Positions 58,020 to 64,000 of a DNA stretch of 64,000 nucleotides are shown piece after piece. The position numbers and the translations under genes are program-made. Under the pieces are notes generated by a model, which saw nothing but the letters and a program-made list of their open reading frames with translations, was not told the DNA's origin and did no database searches. Every line of letters starts with the position of its first letter. The first letter of the stretch is position 1. Source of the stretch: a virus (lineage: Duplodnaviria > Caudoviricetes). Where the stretch lies: the IMG/VR virus record IMGVR_UViG_3300025715_000009, positions 160,001 to 224,000 of that record. One strand, given 5' to 3'.

Positions 58020-58051
58020 AAAAAAAGACCTACTATTCAAAGTAGGTCTTT
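58020..58051 (-). terminator. Intrinsic terminator
   Basis: AGACCTACT-6 nt-AGTAGGTCT plus T-tract. Confidence 0.85.
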
Positions 58052-58070
58052 AAAACTATAAATTTAATTT

Positions 58071-58874
58071 TTAAAATTGGAACGTCCAATTGAACTGAAC
58101 ATCAATTGAATCATTTTTTGTGATGCCATAAAATGTTCTATATGCCATCATTATACCTGTTCTCATTTTATTATCTATACTTCCACCATTTGTTACTTTA
58201 AGAGCAGCATCACAAAATAATCCTGCTTCAGAAATAACATATCCATCATATGGATAATTTGTTCCACCACCTGGTAATTTAACAGAAAAAGTTACTTTAT
58301 TAATTGTTCCTATACTTCCTTCTGATAAAGTAATATGGGATGTATTTGTTGCTCTTGTTCTGTCAATTGTTACAAACGGGAAAACATCTAAAACATTTTG
58401 CAAATTTGTAGCAGAAGTAGGAATTCCTGTTCTTGGATTTTGGTCAGCATCTAAACCACCAATCCCAAAACGCATTTTAGTTGGGAAAAATGGATAAAGG
58501 GGTGCTCCTAAGGTTGTGCTATCACCAACTAAATCACCATCTTCATAGGTTCTTAATTGAATAAGTCCTCTCATGGCATCAGAATAAACCCAAGGTGATG
58601 CAGTTTCTCTATCTCCAGAAGATGAACCATCAGTGTTATCCTTAAAATGTGGAATTTGATTATATGTTCCAAGATTGACATCAGTAAATACTTCACCATG
58701 ATTTCCCCATGTTGAGAATAATCTACCTGACATTAAATAAGTAAGAGCATGTCTAGCCCAATCTTGAATTTGATTGTGGTCAACATCATGTCTCAATATT
58801 TCTCCAGTTTTATAATCTGAAACTATTATTTCAAGAAAACCTTTTGGCATTTTAAATTGTTCTAAAAAATTCAT
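58071..58874 (-). CDS. Baseplate/tail-collar protein (P2 gpH N-terminal-like)
   Basis: G...I......GE......HN.I; M.FG.GG; ISEAGLF; A.RTF..ITK.......W...F; follows the wedge genes. Confidence 0.7.
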   Translation of the reverse strand: MNFLEQFKMPKGFLEIIVSDYKTGEILRHDVDHNQIQDWARHALTYLMSGRLFSTWGNHGEVFTDVNLGTYNQIPHFKDNTDGSSSGDRETASPWVYSDAMRGLIQLRTYEDGDLVGDSTTLGAPLYPFFPTKMRFGIGGLDADQNPRTGIPTSATNLQNVLDVFPFVTIDRTRATNTSHITLSEGSIGTINKVTFSVKLPGGGTNYPYDGYVISEAGLFCDAALKVTNGGSIDNKMRTGIMMAYRTFYGITKNDSIDVQFNWTFQF

Positions 58875-58897
58875 TGTATTCTCCTTATATAATTACC

Positions 58898-61642
58898 TTA
58901 CGAAAAATTGATAGTAAATTCATATAAATTACTCCACTCTGTCCATTGATTATTTCCAACATAAGATTTTATTCTCCAATAATATTTACCATTTTCTAAT
59001 TCTACAGCAAATGAGTTATTAGTAACAAAACTATCATAAGACATATTAATGTAATAATTATTGACATCTTCTGCTGGAACATAAGAATAAAATTCATTCA
59101 AAGATTGAACAAAATAAACAGAATCTAATTCCTCAACCATGTTAATTAACTGATCTAATGTTCCTATATTTCCAAGAACATTATGCATATTATCATTCTC
59201 TTGCCATTGATTTAATGTAGATTGCCAACAATAAAATTTCTCCCTATCCAAAGTATACCAACAGTCCCCAATTTTTTGTTCAGATACCGGGAGGTTTTCA
59301 AATTTATCAATAACACTCCAAGAATCTGGTTGTGGTATTTCAACCCAATCTTGATTTATAGATTTATAAATATAAAACTTTTCTTCATCAACTACATAAT
59401 ATTCTGTCCCAAGAGGTTTATTAGTTGGTAAAGTAGAATAATCAAGATTATAGTATATGCCTTGTTTTATAGCCCAAACATAAGGTTTATTCTTCATAAT
59501 TTGAATTTTATATTGTTGTGAACCAGGGATATCTTGCCATTTTATGTTGAATTTTGCAGTTTTAAATAATCCCAATTCTCTATTTTCAGAAACGAATGCA
59601 GTTGTTTTATTTATAATTTCTCCATTATATGGAAATGGTAAAGCATTTATAGCAAATTGCCATCTATTTGACCACAAAGTCCATTGATAATCTAAAGTGT
59701 TTATTGGATTATCGCTTGGTAAATTAGGAAATGTAGCGTCATTTTTTACTTTAATTCTCCAATAATATCTATCATTTGAAAACAATTCAGATGATATATA
59801 ATTATTATTTGTCAAAGTATTATCATCTACCACTATAGTATTGAAATTTGAATCAGTAGATACTTGAAGCCAATATCCTTGATTTCCTTTTATATCTTCC
59901 CAAGAAAATGTTAAATGATTTGTAGAAATTGTTTGGCCACTATTTGGGACTGGATTAACAGGTGTTGCTGGATATGAACGATATGAATAATCATTCCACA
60001 ATATAATATCCCATCTTGATATAATTGAATTAAAACGATAATATCCAAGCAAATTATCATTTTCATCATATTTAACATAATAGATTGTGTCGTTAGGAAT
60101 ATTGCTTGGCAAGTCAGAATAATAATTTACTTGTGGTATAATATCATCATTTATATAATCTCTTATTTGCAAGGATAAAAAGTCAAAGGATATTTTTTTA
60201 TCTCCTTGATGTGTTATGTTTGAAATAAATTTAGGGTGTCCAGGTTGACGAATATATACACCATCGCGTTTTAATGTTGTTCCAATATTTTCATGACCGC
60301 CTAAATTCATATTATTAGAAACACTAAATGTCATCTTTTCACCGTTTTTATAAATTTCTAACACTTCATCACAAGGTTCATAATCATAATATATACCATC
60401 ATTATTAAATCCGTTAAACCCTAAATCTGCTGATGTTTTTCTGGTAAACGGCCATGGTTGTGGTGTTGGTCTTGGGTCTCCCAAATTTTGTATAACAGAG
60501 ATAAGCCAATCATCATTTGAATCAACAATAATATTTATATCTTCAATCCAAGGTTTAATATTAACATTAATCCAAGTAAATAGATATGTTGGTGATAAGA
60601 ATTTGACATATTTTCTTATTGTCTCATTATCACTTGCTGTAAGATTTAATTTATCAAAAAATGGATTAAGTTCATATTCTATTAAATTGGTTTTAAAATA
60701 TTTCCATGGATTAGAATGCCAAGTTGGATTATCAAGTATATTATTATATGGTTCAAAACCTAACATATATTTTATACTATTGGTACAACCTTTTGATTCT
60801 AAACTTGTAAGTTCTAATGCCCAATCATTTATATTTTTAGTTTTTTCAAGATATTTTGCTGGTTTGTTATTAGAAATATCTAATGTTGGATTTTTTGTTG
60901 TGAGATAATATTCAACTTTATTTAATTCTACTCCAGGGAAACCTTCTGGATTTTTCACATCACGATTAAAAAAGAATTCTTTTAACGATATTTCAAAACC
61001 AAGAAATTTAAAAAAGAAAGAGAAAGAATAATTAGTTCCTTTTATTTTATAAATTTCTATTATATTTTTTAATAACTCACGAAACGAAACGTTTTTTAAA
61101 GTATAATCTTCTTTTTCATAACCAATATTCTGGCCTAAATAATCTAATAGTTGTTCAGGCACAGAATCAATATCATAAATATTTTTCATTTGTGATATTG
61201 ATAGTTCTATGTTATCTAACTTCCTTCCTATTGCCTCATATAAAAGTTTTAATTTTGGTTGTGATAAAATATAATCTCTATCATATTCTGGCAAGAAATT
61301 TAAAATATTATTTTCATAAAAATTTTCAGTAGTTCCAAATTTGTATAAATAAACTGTAAAATTTAATAATTCTTGTAGTGGTGTTCCTGAAGAAGATAAT
61401 TGATCATCAAAAGGTGGAAGAAATCCATATAACTCTCCTATTTGCTCGATTAATTCTGAATAATATACTTGTTGTAAATTAGTGGATGCAATTTCATCAT
61501 GGTTTTCTAACAAGAATAATGCTACGGCCTTAATATTATCTATATCAACATTAAACTCTTCTAATAATTTATGCATTATTGGGTGATCATATAAGAGATG
61601 ATAGATTTTTATTTGTGTATCATAATAAGTTCTTAACGCCAT
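58898..61642 (-). CDS. Baseplate wedge protein (P2 gpI / T4 gp7-like) with FN3-like C-terminal domains
   Basis: YDIDSVPEQLLDYLGQNIG...RELLKNIIEIYKIKGT...FLGF; YYWRIK..WS motifs. Confidence 0.8.
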   Translation of the reverse strand: MALRTYYDTQIKIYHLLYDHPIMHKLLEEFNVDIDNIKAVALFLLENHDEIASTNLQQVYYSELIEQIGELYGFLPPFDDQLSSSGTPLQELLNFTVYLYKFGTTENFYENNILNFLPEYDRDYILSQPKLKLLYEAIGRKLDNIELSISQMKNIYDIDSVPEQLLDYLGQNIGYEKEDYTLKNVSFRELLKNIIEIYKIKGTNYSFSFFFKFLGFEISLKEFFFNRDVKNPEGFPGVELNKVEYYLTTKNPTLDISNNKPAKYLEKTKNINDWALELTSLESKGCTNSIKYMLGFEPYNNILDNPTWHSNPWKYFKTNLIEYELNPFFDKLNLTASDNETIRKYVKFLSPTYLFTWINVNIKPWIEDINIIVDSNDDWLISVIQNLGDPRPTPQPWPFTRKTSADLGFNGFNNDGIYYDYEPCDEVLEIYKNGEKMTFSVSNNMNLGGHENIGTTLKRDGVYIRQPGHPKFISNITHQGDKKISFDFLSLQIRDYINDDIIPQVNYYSDLPSNIPNDTIYYVKYDENDNLLGYYRFNSIISRWDIILWNDYSYRSYPATPVNPVPNSGQTISTNHLTFSWEDIKGNQGYWLQVSTDSNFNTIVVDDNTLTNNNYISSELFSNDRYYWRIKVKNDATFPNLPSDNPINTLDYQWTLWSNRWQFAINALPFPYNGEIINKTTAFVSENRELGLFKTAKFNIKWQDIPGSQQYKIQIMKNKPYVWAIKQGIYYNLDYSTLPTNKPLGTEYYVVDEEKFYIYKSINQDWVEIPQPDSWSVIDKFENLPVSEQKIGDCWYTLDREKFYCWQSTLNQWQENDNMHNVLGNIGTLDQLINMVEELDSVYFVQSLNEFYSYVPAEDVNNYYINMSYDSFVTNNSFAVELENGKYYWRIKSYVGNNQWTEWSNLYEFTINFS

Positions 61643-62685
61643 TGTACTATTTTCCTTAATATATTATTAATATCGAAAAACTCATCAAAAACTATAATAT
61701 TCTTTCCATTATTTATACATTCTAAAATTTTATATTCAAAATTATCATCCCAGTAGTATCTTGAATGTGGTTCAAGATATATATCATATTCTGGTAAATA
61801 AAAGTCTGGAAAATAATATTTTTGTTTTTTATTTTTATCAAAATATTTTATCCCACTAATTCCCTTATGTGCAATCCATTTTATATTATTTTCGGTTAAA
61901 AATTTTGCCACAAGTAATTCAAAACTTCCTTGTATTAATTGACCATTATATTCAATCCACTTGCATCTATTGTTAATTTTTAATTGAGCCTCTGCAGTTT
62001 GCATATAATTTTCAACTCCGTATTTTTTTAAACAAGTTTGTTTTTGTTTTTCTATATTAGTATAATTTTCATTACCATATCTTTCAAGTTTTGTTTGTTT
62101 TTGTTTTTCTATATTAGTATAATTTTCATTACCATATCTTTCAAGTTTTGTTTGCCTTCTTTTATCAAGAACAAATTTCAACTGCCCTGGGTTTTCAACG
62201 CCATACTTTTTTTTAAATCCATTGTGTCTTAAATCTTTCCATGTTTTATTATATTTAATTTTAAGTGTTTTTTCTTTTTTTTCATGTATTAACATATTTT
62301 CTGTTTTAGATTTATTTAATTTAGATTTAGATATTTTTTCTTTAATACTTCTTCTTTGAGAATTAAATTCGACACCATATTTTTTCAAATTATTTTCTTT
62401 CATTTTGTTTATTCTAACAAAAGAATTTTCTTTTTGTTCTAATGATAATGAACATTTTTTGCAAAGGTTTTTATTTTTTTTAACTCTATAGTTTGCTATA
62501 TGAATTGTTTCTTGATAAGAGCACTTATCACACTTATATTCTATTAAATCTCTTTTATTACATATTATTTTTTTATTTATTATAAAAGTAAAATACTTTT
62601 TATTATTGTAGATTGTTTCTTTCCATTCTATAAAATTTTCTAAAAACAAATATTCTTTTTCAATTTTTATTATTCTTATATTCAT
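61633..62685 (-). CDS. Putative PD-(D/E)xK homing endonuclease with KYGV repeats
   Basis: CDKC and CKKC; KKYGVEN repeats; GSFE...YFPDFYLPEYDIYLEPH. Confidence 0.8.
   Translation of the reverse strand: MNIRIIKIEKEYLFLENFIEWKETIYNNKKYFTFIINKKIICNKRDLIEYKCDKCSYQETIHIANYRVKKNKNLCKKCSLSLEQKENSFVRINKMKENNLKKYGVEFNSQRRSIKEKISKSKLNKSKTENMLIHEKKEKTLKIKYNKTWKDLRHNGFKKKYGVENPGQLKFVLDKRRQTKLERYGNENYTNIEKQKQTKLERYGNENYTNIEKQKQTCLKKYGVENYMQTAEAQLKINNRCKWIEYNGQLIQGSFELLVAKFLTENNIKWIAHKGISGIKYFDKNKKQKYYFPDFYLPEYDIYLEPHSRYYWDDNFEYKILECINNGKNIIVFDEFFDINNILRKIVQWR
62036..62154. repeat. Perfect 57-bp tandem duplication (19-aa unit) inside the endonuclease gene
   Basis: Unit starting at 62036 repeats exactly at 62093; encodes QTKLERYGNENYTNIEKQK. 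Confidence 0.9.
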
Positions 62686-62688
62686 ACT

Positions 62689-62696
62689 ATTATCTT
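62689..62696 (-). promoter_or_regulatory. AAGATAAT candidate promoter, probably leaderless
   Basis: AAGATAAT-AGT-ATG; no SD. Confidence 0.5.
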
Positions 62697-62721
62697 GTTA
62701 AATATAGAATAATAATGAAAT

Positions 62722-63999
62722 TTAAGCGTAATTACTATCCTTGTATTTAAAAACTAAACCATGAATTTTATTTTCAATCATTGCTTCACCATCATATTCA
62801 TCATTTGATACAACATAAATTCTATTATATTTTGCGGGCATTTGCTGTTCTTCTAATTTAGAATAATTGATAGCGCCTAAATTTGATAATTGTTGTTGTG
62901 TTATTTGGTCTAAAACATATCTTTTATAAAGATGATAATTTGTTCCTAAATAATCTAATTGGAAAAATCTTACACCATCAAAATTCATTATATCACTAAT
63001 AATATCTGGAACAAGAATAGGCTTATCATATGTCATTTTATCAAGACTATATTTATTTCTAATATAATTTTCCAAATTCTCTACAACATGTGTTCTCATA
63101 TTTTTATAACAATGAACCGTTCCTGCTATGTCGAATGGTAAAAATTCACTATCTTTTATATGATTATCAACACAAATCATTTTTTTATTTTTTACTATCT
63201 CTAATAAATTATATTCTTCTGATGTTGTATTATCAGCATCATAATTATCAGCATAATATATTATAACTTTTTGATTAGTAGATATAGTGCCAGACGTTAA
63301 TCTTGTGATATTACCAGTTTGCCAATCAACTGAATAATCTTTGTCTTGTGTATATAACACATCCATTTTATTATTATAAATTTTAATGGTATAAGCAGGA
63401 TATAATATATTATTTCCTAATCCTAAATATATTTTGTCTGCTAAGTCAAATGTTTTCACTGTTTTTGTATAAAAGTCAGCAACATTTGATTTAATATATC
63501 TTACTCTTAATGTTCTGTCTCCAGATGGTATAGAACCGCCACTAACAGTTGATATACGTGTTATTTCTCCAGTTGTGCGGTTTAATGTATAATCTACTCC
63601 TTCTATATATGATTGCACGGTTAGCCAATTAGAACCTTCAGCACTATTTTCATATAAAGTAATATATAAATTATGACTATAATATTTTTTTATCTTACCT
63701 AATAAAGTTGTTTGATTGGTTGCACTAAAAATAATATCTTCATATCCATCTTCTTGCCATATATCATAAGGACGAGTTATATTAAATAAATTATTATATT
63801 CATATGGTGAATAACTTGACCATTCGTCTCTTGTTGGTGTTATATACAACCAGGTATCTAATGGTGGAAGAGAGTATCCATAATCTTGTTTTAATTCTTC
63901 TGGTTCATTCTCTGCACCTATTGCTTTAACATGCATAATTCTTGAATCATCTTCAAGATGTGTGATATAATCTTCTTCTGTAACTGTTTTATTGGCCGT
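62722..63999 (-). CDS. Baseplate wedge protein (baseplate J / T4 gp6-like), 5' end outside the window
   Basis: Frame stays open upstream of 63936: TANKTVTEEDYI resembles the gp6/J RAVT..DY motif; C-terminal PI..PDIIS.IM..DGV. Confidence 0.8.
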   Translation of the reverse strand, partial: TANKTVTEEDYITHLEDDSRIMHVKAIGAENEPEELKQDYGYSLPPLDTWLYITPTRDEWSSYSPYEYNNLFNITRPYDIWQEDGYEDIIFSATNQTTLLGKIKKYYSHNLYITLYENSAEGSNWLTVQSYIEGVDYTLNRTTGEITRISTVSGGSIPSGDRTLRVRYIKSNVADFYTKTVKTFDLADKIYLGLGNNILYPAYTIKIYNNKMDVLYTQDKDYSVDWQTGNITRLTSGTISTNQKVIIYYADNYDADNTTSEEYNLLEIVKNKKMICVDNHIKDSEFLPFDIAGTVHCYKNMRTHVVENLENYIRNKYSLDKMTYDKPILVPDIISDIMNFDGVRFFQLDYLGTNYHLYKRYVLDQITQQQLSNLGAINYSKLEEQQMPAKYNRIYVVSNDEYDGEAMIENKIHGLVFKYKDSNYA

Positions 64000-64000
64000 T

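Noticed and set aside
4635-62685. Group I introns or inteins housing the homing endonucleases
   Set aside because: All three lie between complete genes with almost no flanking non-coding sequence; no intein splice motifs noticed in the large ORFs
951-63141. Plus-strand ORFs and short minus-strand ORFs nested in long genes in the track
   Set aside because: They are antisense or out-of-frame shadows of well-supported minus-strand genes, with no recognisable motifs or RBS
1-64000. Stop-codon reassignment
   Set aside because: Very long ORFs are intact under the standard code and TAA, TAG and TGA all end genes at sensible junctions
1-64000. tRNA, rRNA or other known ncRNA genes
   Set aside because: Intergenic gaps are under about 90 bp, AT-rich and show no cloverleaf or recognisable RNA motif

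Overview
AT-rich segment of a large tailed bacteriophage (jumbo, T4-like myovirus architecture). Essentially all real genes lie on the minus strand in the standard code, with GGAG Shine-Dalgarno sites and intrinsic terminators. Read in transcription order (64000 to 1): two baseplate wedge genes separated by a homing endonuclease; a tail-collar protein; an accessory island (small orphan genes, a stand-alone MshEN protein behind a 21-bp-periodic palindrome array, four tandem MORN-repeat genes, an MmcB-like nuclease, a T4 gp2-like DNA end protector); a 4755-aa giant fibre and several further fibre genes; a Maf-like glycosyltransferase; a family of domain-shuffled virion proteins; a sigma70-driven accessory block (spirochaete-type STAS anti-anti-sigma factor, bL12-like protein, OGG2 glycosylase, long archaeal/eukaryote-type topoisomerase IB, many small orphans); then more virion proteins, two more homing endonucleases and a truncated DUF285 repeat protein. 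The likely host is a spirochaete (inference). Most notable observations: (i) two different short terminal peptide tags, AAKxLL and hIKxIF, each shared by many otherwise unrelated small proteins (the second also on ankyrin and MORN repeat proteins), suggesting adaptor or docking systems; (ii) an apparent Russian-doll domain nesting up to about 8 levels deep in the giant fibre; (iii) phage-encoded stand-alone c-di-GMP-binding (MshEN-like) proteins; (iv) a long-form topoisomerase IB; (v) a recurring AAGATAAT candidate phage promoter. All family calls come from motif recognition by eye; no searches were run.
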